A stretch of DNA of 32,000 nt from Candidatus Electronema aureum (lineage in GTDB: Bacteria > Desulfobacterota > Desulfobulbia > Desulfobulbales > Desulfobulbaceae), in contig NQJD01000030.1 in assembly GCA_004284765.1 (NCBI GenBank), forward strand, positions 344 through 32,343, in the 5' to 3' direction. The translations under genes were made by a program, and so were the position numbers. The notes under the pieces were generated by a model. That model saw nothing but the letters and a program-made list of their open reading frames with translations. It was not told the origin of the DNA and did not search any database. Shown here piece by piece: positions 6,981 through 14,584 of the stretch (position 1 is the first letter of the stretch; each line of letters starts with the position of its first letter).

Positions 6981-9900
6981 ATGGGAAAAGACATGACCAG
7001 AAGCATTACCAGACAGCTTCTGACCGAGACCGCTGAGACCGTATTGACCCGCCGTTATTACCTCAAAGACGGCCAAGGCAACATGCTGGAGAACTGGGAG
7101 TCGCTTTGCCGCCGGGTTGCGGATGCTGTGGCTGGGGTTGACCGGGGGCAGGAGGACTACGAGACCTTGCGCGAGCAGTTCTTTACTATGATTTATCGGC
7201 TTGATTTTCTGCCCAACTCTCCTTGCCTGATGAACGCGGGTACTGATCTCGGCCAGCTCTCGGCCTGCTTTGTCCTGCCGGTCGAGGACTCAATGGACGG
7301 CATTTTTACCTCCATTCATAACGGTGCGCTGGTGCATAAAACCGGCGGCGGCACAGGCTATTCCTTCTCCCGGCTGCGGCCTAAAAATTCATCGGTGCGC
7401 TCGACCCAAGGCGTGGCCTCCGGGCCGCTTAGTTTTGCTGCCGTCTTTGATGCAGCCACCGAGACCATCAAGCAGGGCGGCAAGCGACGCGGAGCCAACA
7501 TGGGCATCCTGCGGGTGGATCATCCTGACATCATGGATTTCATCACAGCCAAGCAGGATCAGAGCAAGTTCACTAACTTCAACTTCTCCGTAGCGATCAC
7601 CGACAAGTTCATGGAGGCGGCGAAGAACAATCAGGAATATGACCTGATCGACCCTTCCAACCGCAAGGTGGTCTGCCGGATGAATGCGGCCAAAGTCTTT
7701 GATAAAATTGTTGATCTGGCTTGGCACAACGGCGAGCCAGGCGTGCTGTTCATTGACGCGGCCAACCGCGCCAACGCCACCCCGCAGCTCGGTGAGTTTG
7801 AGGCGACGAACCCATGCATTGTCGGCGACACCTTGGTGGCGGTGGCGGACGGGCGCGGCGCAGTGGCCATCCGCCAGCTTGCCGAGGAAGGCAAGGATAT
7901 TCCGGTCTTCTGCCGCAACAGCAAAGGCGGCGCTTCGGTGCGGATGATGCGCAATCCCCGTATCACCGGATATGGCAAGCAGATTGTGAAAGTCACCCTC
8001 GATGATGGCAACAGCGTGAGAGTGACAGAAAATCACCGCTTCGTGCTTTCTGACGGCAGAGTGAAAGAGGCGAAAGAGCTTGTTTCCGGCGACAGTCTGA
8101 GTCTGATGACTAAGCGTGAGGCCCCGTTCGAGAAAATATTCTCACAGTCTAACAGCAGGTCTCAAACTTATTGCTGGTTATCGACAACAGACAAACCAAA
8201 TTGGCAGCCTGAGCATCGTCTGATTGCTAATTTTTATCATCGGCATCAGACCGGCAAAAATTTGGACTGGAATCAAGTAGTGCATCATCGCGATTACAAC
8301 GGCCTCAACAACAATCCGGCCAATCTTGAGGTGATGAGCAAAGAGGCGCATTACCGGCTGCATTCGGAAGACCGCAAGGGAGACAAGAATCCGATGCGGC
8401 GTTTCCCGGAAAAGAACTGGATGAACGATCCGGTCAAGCAGCAGGAACTCCGCATCAGGCATCATGTTGGCGCAAAACGAAGTCAGGCAACTAAAGAGCG
8501 GATTGGTGCCGCGACAAAACTTCGCTTCCAAGATGAAGCATACCGTCTTCGTCATACAGAAGCGGTGCAAGAAGGAGTTGCTCTTCACCAAGATAATTTT
8601 TTACAGGGACTGCAACAGCGCGCTCAACAGAAGCTGGCGGAATGTCAGTCCATGACTGACTTGCGTTGCTTCCTTGATGGCAACAGTGTCATGGTTGAAC
8701 GCAGATGTGAACATTGCAGTGAATTATACACAGTATCTTGGAGCAAACGCGAACAGTCTTTCTGTTCAAAGCCCTGCTATGTTGTTTGGCATAACAGCAA
8801 CCAAGCCGTCCGTCAGAAAATTACAGATGGCATCCATGCCACGTATGCTGCCAAGGCAGAGCAGACCCGTCGGCTCCAAGTAGAATGCTTTCTGAATTTG
8901 AAATTTGCGCAAGGCCAGACCCCGCTGAAAAAAGACTGGGAGAGCCGCTGCGCCGAGCAGGGCATTCCCAAGCGACTGGGCACGGAATTTGGCTTTCCGA
9001 CCTATCATGCCTTGCAGGAAGCCGCACAGACCTTCAACCACCGGGTTGTGTCGGTTGAGCGCGACGGCATCGAGGATGTGTACAACGGCACTGTTGACGA
9101 ATTCCATAACTTTTATATCGGTCATTTCCTTGGTGAAATTGATGGAGATAAAAGTTACAGCTATATCAATAATTTGCAGTGCGGTGAGCAGTGGCTTTTA
9201 CCAATGGAATCCTGCAATTTAGGCTCAATCAACCTCGGCCAATACGTCAAAGACGGTGCGGTCGATTTTACTCGCTTGCAACAGACGGTGCGTACCTCCG
9301 TCCGTTTCTTAGACAACGTGATTGACTGCAACCGCTTCCCGATCCCAGAAATCGGTGAGATGACTCGCAAGACCCGAAAAATTGGATTAGGAATCATGGG
9401 CCTGCACGACATGCTCATTCAGTTAGAGCTGTCCTACGGCGACGAGGACGGTCGAGCCGCTTCAGCCGAGGTCATGCAATTCATTCGTGATGAGGCGGAG
9501 GCCGCCTCCATTGCGCTGGCAAAGCTGAAAGGGCCGTTCCCGGCTTGGGACCCGCAGCACAACCACTACCCCGCCCGTCGCAACGCGGCTCTGACCTCTA
9601 TTCAACCCACTGGCACGGTTTCGATGATTGCCGACTGCGCTTCCGGCTGCGAGCCGTATTTTTCGGTGGTGACAGAGAAAAACGTCATGGACGGCGACCG
9701 CTTCCTGATGGTCAACAAGCATTTTGAGACCGTTGCTAAACGGGAAGGTTTTTTCTCCGAAGTCTTGTTGAAAAAGGTGGCGCAAAGCGGCACCGTGCTG
9801 GAGCAGGAAGAAATCCCAGAAAAATGGCAGCGTATCTTCCGCGCCGCTCAAGACATCAGTCCGGTGGAGCATATTCTGATGCAGGGCGCACTTCAGGCCA

Positions 9901-10529
9901 GCGGGGTGGATTCCTCCATCAGTAAGACCATTAACCTTCCGTCTTCAGCCAGCAAAGAAGATGTGCGCGAGTCGTACTTGCTCGGCTTTGAGTTAGGCTG
10001 CAAAGGGTTGACCGTGTATCGCGACGGCTCGCGAGAAGGCCAAGTTCTCAGCACGGCGGCTTCAACTGCCAAGCAGACCGCGACGGTTTCCTCGCAGGGT
10101 GAAACGCAAAAACAAGAGTTGCCGGATGTCCTCAGTGCCAAGCGCTACCGGCTGAAGGATGCCAATGGCGACCGCATTTATATCATCGTCTGCTTTGATG
10201 ATAATGAAAATCCGATGGAGGTTTTTGCTAAATTTCCATTCGATAACCGGCTTGATCTGAAAGATAAATCCACGATGTGGACAACCACGTGCAGGTTAGT
10301 TTCTTTAGCTCTGCGCTGCCAGATACCGATGGAGGAAATTATCCGCCAGCTGGACCGTTCCAGCGGCCACATGCTCGATTTACCTGCCCAGCTTGGTAGG
10401 TTGCTGAAATCCTTCATGGCCGGAACCCAGAAGGGCTTTACTTCCTCTTGTCCAGAATGCCCAGGCACCTTAGTTTTTACTGAGGGCTGCGAGGTCTGCC
10501 GCGACTGCGGCTATTCTCGGTGCTCGTAG
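6981..10529 (+). CDS. nrdJ: class II (adenosylcobalamin-dependent) ribonucleotide reductase, intein-containing
   Basis: RNR motifs are present: LPNSPCLMNAGT, GGGTGYSFSRLRP, ATNP|...|CGEQWLLPMESCNLGSINL, and a C-terminal CxxC...CxxC zinc finger. The start is set at ATG 6981 (MGKDMTRS), which follows a purine-rich stretch; ATG 6993 is an alternative. The upstream part of the ORF-track ORF is unlikely to be coding. Confidence 0.9.
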   Translation: MGKDMTRSITRQLLTETAETVLTRRYYLKDGQGNMLENWESLCRRVADAVAGVDRGQEDYETLREQFFTMIYRLDFLPNSPCLMNAGTDLGQLSACFVLPVEDSMDGIFTSIHNGALVHKTGGGTGYSFSRLRPKNSSVRSTQGVASGPLSFAAVFDAATETIKQGGKRRGANMGILRVDHPDIMDFITAKQDQSKFTNFNFSVAITDKFMEAAKNNQEYDLIDPSNRKVVCRMNAAKVFDKIVDLAWHNGEPGVLFIDAANRANATPQLGEFEATNPCIVGDTLVAVADGRGAVAIRQLAEEGKDIPVFCRNSKGGASVRMMRNPRITGYGKQIVKVTLDDGNSVRVTENHRFVLSDGRVKEAKELVSGDSLSLMTKREAPFEKIFSQSNSRSQTYCWLSTTDKPNWQPEHRLIANFYHRHQTGKNLDWNQVVHHRDYNGLNNNPANLEVMSKEAHYRLHSEDRKGDKNPMRRFPEKNWMNDPVKQQELRIRHHVGAKRSQATKERIGAATKLRFQDEAYRLRHTEAVQEGVALHQDNFLQGLQQRAQQKLAECQSMTDLRCFLDGNSVMVERRCEHCSELYTVSWSKREQSFCSKPCYVVWHNSNQAVRQKITDGIHATYAAKAEQTRRLQVECFLNLKFAQGQTPLKKDWESRCAEQGIPKRLGTEFGFPTYHALQEAAQTFNHRVVSVERDGIEDVYNGTVDEFHNFYIGHFLGEIDGDKSYSYINNLQCGEQWLLPMESCNLGSINLGQYVKDGAVDFTRLQQTVRTSVRFLDNVIDCNRFPIPEIGEMTRKTRKIGLGIMGLHDMLIQLELSYGDEDGRAASAEVMQFIRDEAEAASIALAKLKGPFPAWDPQHNHYPARRNAALTSIQPTGTVSMIADCASGCEPYFSVVTEKNVMDGDRFLMVNKHFETVAKREGFFSEVLLKKVAQSGTVLEQEEIPEKWQRIFRAAQDISPVEHILMQGALQASGVDSSISKTINLPSSASKEDVRESYLLGFELGCKGLTVYRDGSREGQVLSTAASTAKQTATVSSQGETQKQELPDVLSAKRYRLKDANGDRIYIIVCFDDNENPMEVFAKFPFDNRLDLKDKSTMWTTTCRLVSLALRCQIPMEEIIRQLDRSSGHMLDLPAQLGRLLKSFMAGTQKGFTSSCPECPGTLVFTEGCEVCRDCGYSRCS
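7815..9179 (+). mobile_element. intein (455 aa) with an HNH homing-endonuclease module
   Basis: It splits the conserved NPCGE loop. Block A is CIVGDTLVAV. Block B is VRVTENHRF (TxxH). Block F is VYNGTVDEFHNFYIG. The last residues are ...YINNLQ, followed by the +1 Cys of CGEQ. The internal HNH is VVHHRDYNGLNNNPANLEVMSKEAHYRLH, with a CxxC...CxxxC ribbon (RCEHCSELY...FCSKPC). The central part is AT-richer than the flanks by eye. Confidence 0.85.
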
Positions 10530-10555
10530 AAACTGCGTTGAATAAGGTGAGCAAG

Positions 10556-11158
10556 ATGCGGACTGCGCGGAAATCTTTGTCGATTGCAGTGACGCTGCTG
10601 CTTACCGCCGCCGTATATTCTTGGAGTGCAGCGGTGGCACCGCCGAATCTCTCTCATCAGGCTGTATCTATCAAGGATGGCCTGATAACCATGCAGGCGC
10701 GGAACCTACCTATGCGAGATGTGTTGCAAAACATTGCAACACAGGCAAACGTAGAAATCGTCGTGCAGGGTAGTGTCGAGCAGACGGTCTCTGCTGATTT
10801 CAGCCGCACTGTGTTGGAGGAGGCTTTGCGGCGGATCACACAGGATTTCAACAGCGTGTTCATGTACGGAACCCAGCAATCAGGACAGAGTCGTCCGCCG
10901 ATAGAAAAGGTGTTGCTCTACGCAAAAACAGCTCCCGGTAGCAAGGCCAATGCTCAGGTTGTTGTTTTCCGCCCCGGCTCTACCCTACCGGTCAAAATAA
11001 CACCGCAGCAGGAGAAATCAGAACAAGTCCAGATTGAGTCGGAAGAAGCGGAACAGCCCTCCATCGAAGCTATTGTTGAGCAAATGAAAAGCAATGATCC
11101 CGCCCTTAGACAGGAGCCAAGTCGTCGCCGTCCTCCTTCAGCTCCGCACATGAAATAA
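10556..11158 (+). CDS. exported hypothetical protein with a secretin/TonB N-terminal (STN)-like domain
   Basis: The ATG at 10556 follows AAGGTGAG. A signal-peptide-like N-terminus is present (MRTARKSLSIAVTLLLTAAVYSWSAAV). The segment ITMQARNLPMRDVLQNIATQANVEIVV...LEEALRRITQDFNSVFMY follows the STN/N0 pattern, and the tail is acidic. The gene starts 26 nt after nrdJ. Confidence 0.5.
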   Translation: MRTARKSLSIAVTLLLTAAVYSWSAAVAPPNLSHQAVSIKDGLITMQARNLPMRDVLQNIATQANVEIVVQGSVEQTVSADFSRTVLEEALRRITQDFNSVFMYGTQQSGQSRPPIEKVLLYAKTAPGSKANAQVVVFRPGSTLPVKITPQQEKSEQVQIESEEAEQPSIEAIVEQMKSNDPALRQEPSRRRPPSAPHMK

Positions 11159-11185
11159 TGAGCCTATCCCACTAATACACAAAAC

Positions 11186-11572
11186 ATGGTAAACTTGCCC
11201 TCCATCAAGGAAGGCCATGATATGGCAGGGAGATTTGAGGGGTTAAAGGATGCTGAGTGGAAGCTGCTTGAAGATATTTTTCCCGGAAAAGACAGAAGAG
11301 GCCGTGGAATGCCTGCTGCGCATCCGCGCAAAATTTTGAATTCGCTGCTGTGGCTGCTGATCACCGGATGCCGGTGGTGCGATCTTCCGCGAGGATCGCA
11401 ATGGGCATCGAGAAGCGCACGCCATCGCTGGCGCAAAGCATGGCATCTTGATGGAAAATTGGATGATATGAAAGCGCGTCTTCTTGGAATCGCCCAGAGT
11501 CATGGCCTGATTCACTGGATTTCAGGAGCCTTTGACGGCTCTTTTTCCCCCTGGGAAAGGAGGCGGCATTGA
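11186..11572 (+). CDS. IS5-family transposase, N-terminal frame (orfA)
   Basis: LKDAEWKLLEDIFP...RKILNSLLWLLITGCRWCDLP...AFDGSFSP is the helix-turn-helix/DUF4096-type N-terminal part of IS5-family transposases. The likely start is ATG 11222 (MAGRFEGL). Confidence 0.75.
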   Translation: MVNLPSIKEGHDMAGRFEGLKDAEWKLLEDIFPGKDRRGRGMPAAHPRKILNSLLWLLITGCRWCDLPRGSQWASRSARHRWRKAWHLDGKLDDMKARLLGIAQSHGLIHWISGAFDGSFSPWERRRH

Positions 11573-12032
11573 AGTGGCTTATGGATATAAAGGAAAAGGC
11601 GTGCTGATTCATCTTCTTGTTGACGATGAAGAAATGCCTGTCTCAGCAGTGACAACAGCCGCAAATGCGGATGAAAGGAAACAGGTACCGCGTCTGCTTG
11701 ACGGAATTGAAGTCAAAACAGGAAAACGGGGCAGACCTGCTAAAAAACTTAGAAGAATTGCCGCAGACAAAGGATATGATTCTGAAGAGCTGAGAAATTT
11801 TCTTCGGGGCAGAGGGATTCAGCCGCAGATTCCAAGAAAGAAGAATGCGAAGCGGCGGCGCGGACGGTCAGTCAGCATGAAAGCTCCACGATTTCAATTT
11901 GAACGGACTTTTTCGTGGATGCAAAGAAAATTCCGCCGTCTAGTTGTCCGCTGGGAAAGGCAGCCCTGCTGCTTTGATTCTTTTCTTTGCTTGGCTGTTT
12001 GTTTTATGTGGACGCAGCGAATAGTGGGATAG
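11532..12032 (+). CDS. IS5-family transposase, C-terminal DDE frame (orfB)
   Basis: PGKGGGIEVAYGYKGKGVLIHLLVDDEEMPVSAVTTAANADERKQVPRLL...IAADKGYDSEELRNFL is the DDE_Tnp_1-type catalytic part. It lies in the +1 frame relative to orfA. Confidence 0.75.
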   Translation: MTALFPPGKGGGIEVAYGYKGKGVLIHLLVDDEEMPVSAVTTAANADERKQVPRLLDGIEVKTGKRGRPAKKLRRIAADKGYDSEELRNFLRGRGIQPQIPRKKNAKRRRGRSVSMKAPRFQFERTFSWMQRKFRRLVVRWERQPCCFDSFLCLAVCFMWTQRIVG

Positions 12033-12188
12033 GCTCATCGTTGAGCAAAAAAGCGAACAAACCGCAGCGGCGGTGCGGGCGATGGATAAGGGTGCTTTGC
12101 TAACTTTTCCTTTGACAACTGGGCTGATTTACAGGATGATGAGAGAAGTTTTGCTCCGTTTCTATCCCCTTATGCTTTCTTTGCACCT

Positions 12189-12695
12189 ATGATCAAAATC
12201 AGCCGTAACCAGCCCTGTCCTTGCAGATCGGGCAGAAAGTACAAACACTGCTGCCTGTCTCTCCGACAGGCTGGGCTACCGACTGCTCCTGTCCGGCAAA
12301 CCCAAGTTTCCCTGCTGGTAGAAATTGAAAAAATTCAGCAGGCCGCCATGCGTTGGCAGGAAACCTGCCATGAGCTGGGAGTGTTCATTTTTTTCAGCAC
12401 CAAAGACGGTGATGCTTGGGTGTTAGAGACCACTGAATCCGATGCGTTTCAAGCTGCTATGTCCGGTCAGCCGCTGTCACCGCCGGTGATGGAGAATCGA
12501 GATGTGATTGAAGTGGACTGGAGTCACGCCTTTGTTTTACGCAAACGCAGCTTGATGTTGACTCACCACAAAGACGGCACTGAAAGTGCGCTGGTTAATG
12601 CGCCAACCCTGCAAATCAGTGCAGCTTTGCGCAGAATTAGAAAGCACTATTCTGCGGAATTGCTCCGTCAAGTGCATGTACCGACAGCAGAATAG
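12189..12695 (+). CDS. SEC-C motif domain protein
   Basis: The N-terminal NQPCPCRSGRKYKHCC is the SEC-C metal-binding motif. I recognise nothing in the rest of the 168 aa. Confidence 0.65.
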   Translation: MIKISRNQPCPCRSGRKYKHCCLSLRQAGLPTAPVRQTQVSLLVEIEKIQQAAMRWQETCHELGVFIFFSTKDGDAWVLETTESDAFQAAMSGQPLSPPVMENRDVIEVDWSHAFVLRKRSLMLTHHKDGTESALVNAPTLQISAALRRIRKHYSAELLRQVHVPTAE

Positions 12696-12921
12696 TTTTT
12701 TTAGATGAAATGAGCCTATTTCCTCTCCTCCCACCCGGCACTTGCCACGGCCGCTGTTCCCGATGATCTGATCGCAGACAGTGTTGGTGCCGCCGTTGCT
12801 GTATTGACCCGTCTGGCAGCGAAAAATATTTTGAACTGACCGCAGCTTCTTCCTTTCCCCGCCTTTTTGCCGTTTTTTCTTTTCAGAAGAAACCTTCTTG
12901 AAATTCATAAAAAAAGCAGGT

Positions 12922-12943
12922 ATAAATTGTGAGTACAATTTAT
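12922..12943. promoter_or_regulatory. perfect 9-bp inverted repeat upstream of the GGDEF gene (candidate operator)
   Basis: ATAAATTGT-gagt-ACAATTTAT lies about 140 bp upstream of the diguanylate cyclase start, in an AT-rich spacer. Confidence 0.3.
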
Positions 12944-13084
12944 TGTACCGTGCGGAATGTTTTGTCACAACTCTGGGGCCGGAAACAATACTACCAACTT
13001 TCATCTTGACTGGGGAGCAGAATGATCTCGCGCATCAGAAATTGGGTAGCACTACACTGCCGCCACCAGCAAGGCAAACTGAAC

Positions 13085-14584
13085 ATGCGACTGTCAGTTA
13101 GTAGAACCATCAGCAAAAACAAAAAGCTGATCATCTGCCTAAGCCTGATCATTTTTGTTGTCAACACGGTTTTTCTGTCAATCAATTTTTATTCTCTCCG
13201 AGAGACGCTGTTGTCTTCACTTTTCCAGCAAGCGAAACGACACGAGGAGGAATTCAAGCTCAATCTGAAAATGGTGTATAGCAGTATGCTACAAATGTCC
13301 ACCCTGATCAGCAGCAGTGGGGTGAGCCAAGCCTTCTTGCTCAACAAAAAACAAACCACCGAAAGCAAAAGCAGTCAGAATCAAGAGGCAGAGGACAGCA
13401 GTGCCGGACAGAAGACTTATCAATTCGGCTCAGTGGAAAATAAGCCACCACATTTGCTGTCTGATAAAATGCAGGGCTATACTTGGCTACGCGGCATTTC
13501 GCCACTTTGGGCTGTTGATCCAGAAACAAACGGAAAAATTTATGTTGGTGCGATGGACATAAGCACCTCATTCAAAGATATCGTACCGCTTTATGCAAAG
13601 CTCTTTCAAGTTGAGGCGGCTGTTTTGCTGAATAAGGATTATATCAGAACAAAGATGTGGAATAAAAATACAAAAGAATATTTTGAACAGCATCCAGAAG
13701 CCAATCATTATGTTGAGATAGCAAGCTCGTGGGATGAGCTTCTAAAAATACTCCCCAAAGTATTTGTCAGAAGTGACTACAAGACAGATGCTGTGTCAAT
13801 GGTGTATCAAGACAAATCTTATTATGCTCTCTATTATTTTGCACTGCCTGATTCACAGGACGGAGAGAGTGAGGAAACACAAACAGAACCTGCGGGCTTC
13901 ATGCTGATTTGGGAGAATGTATCAGAGCAGGTCTCACAATCCGCCACGAATTTTTTTGTCAATATCCTGCTGGCAATTTTTGGCTTTGTTCTAATTGAAA
14001 TCGGCCTAATATGGGTGCTGAATCGTGAGACTCGCTTATCGGTGGCCGAGCAATGTGCAGCGATTGATGAGCTGACCGGCCTGTTCAATCGTCGCTATCT
14101 CGACGATCTTTTAGACAATGAACTCCGCCGTACTGCCAAGAGCCAAGACACTCCTCTGTCGCTGATCATCTGTGACGTGGATTATTTCAAACGGTACAAT
14201 GATACCTATGGTCATAAATCTGGCGACGATTGCCTGAAAAAAATTGCTGACAGTCTTAGGCTCCAAGCACGGCGAAGCAGTGACTGTGTGGCCCGCTACG
14301 GCGGCGAGGAGTTCGTCATTGTGCTGCCGCGCACTGATTTGCATTCAGCAACTGATATCGCCGAAGCCGCCCGAAAGGCAATCCTTGCCCTCAATATTCC
14401 GCACTCCAGCTCCGACATCGTACCGGTAATCACAATCACGCTGGGTGTGGCCTGCACCTCTACTTTGGCTGAATACGACACACTTTTCGAGGCAGCAGAC
14501 CGCAATCTGTACATTGCCAAGAACAATGGCCGTAACCGGGTTGAACCAACTAAGGTTGCTCTTCCACCGCGCAGGTTAGTCTAA
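13085..14584 (+). CDS. membrane-bound diguanylate cyclase (GGDEF) with an N-terminal periplasmic sensor region
   Basis: The C-terminal GGDEF domain is clear (LTGLFNRRYL, DVDYFKRYNDTYGH, RYGGEEF, NLYIAKNNGRNRV). Two hydrophobic segments flank a loop of about 260 aa. The start is either ATG 13085 or ATG 13022. Confidence 0.85.
   Translation: MRLSVSRTISKNKKLIICLSLIIFVVNTVFLSINFYSLRETLLSSLFQQAKRHEEEFKLNLKMVYSSMLQMSTLISSSGVSQAFLLNKKQTTESKSSQNQEAEDSSAGQKTYQFGSVENKPPHLLSDKMQGYTWLRGISPLWAVDPETNGKIYVGAMDISTSFKDIVPLYAKLFQVEAAVLLNKDYIRTKMWNKNTKEYFEQHPEANHYVEIASSWDELLKILPKVFVRSDYKTDAVSMVYQDKSYYALYYFALPDSQDGESEETQTEPAGFMLIWENVSEQVSQSATNFFVNILLAIFGFVLIEIGLIWVLNRETRLSVAEQCAAIDELTGLFNRRYLDDLLDNELRRTAKSQDTPLSLIICDVDYFKRYNDTYGHKSGDDCLKKIADSLRLQARRSSDCVARYGGEEFVIVLPRTDLHSATDIAEAARKAILALNIPHSSSDIVPVITITLGVACTSTLAEYDTLFEAADRNLYIAKNNGRNRVEPTKVALPPRRLV

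Larger units (their letters stand above)
11160..12036 (+). mobile_element. IS5-family insertion sequence (IS427/IS1031-like)
   Basis: Terminal inverted repeats are GAGCCTATCCCACTA at 11160-11174 and TAGTGGGATAGGCTC at 12022-12036. The element is flanked by AT on both sides. It encodes a two-frame DDE transposase. Confidence 0.85.

Noticed and set aside
12037-12192. An open frame right of the IS (IVEQKSEQTAAAVRAMDKGALL...), whose stop overlaps the SEC-C gene ATG (ATGA). It might be the displaced 3' end of the upstream STN-like gene.
   Set aside because: The upstream gene already ends at a TAA (11156-11158) before the IS. Removing the IS does not put the two frames in register. The only internal ATG gives a 36-codon hydrophobic peptide without an SD.
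12705-12719. atgaaaTGAGCCTAT just after the SEC-C gene stop resembles the left IS5 junction atgaaataaTGAGCCTATccc at 11150-11170. This could be a solo IR remnant.
   Set aside because: Only about 10 nt of the 15-17-bp IR match. The similarity stops immediately, and no matching right end is visible nearby. It is too short to distinguish from chance without genome-wide comparison.
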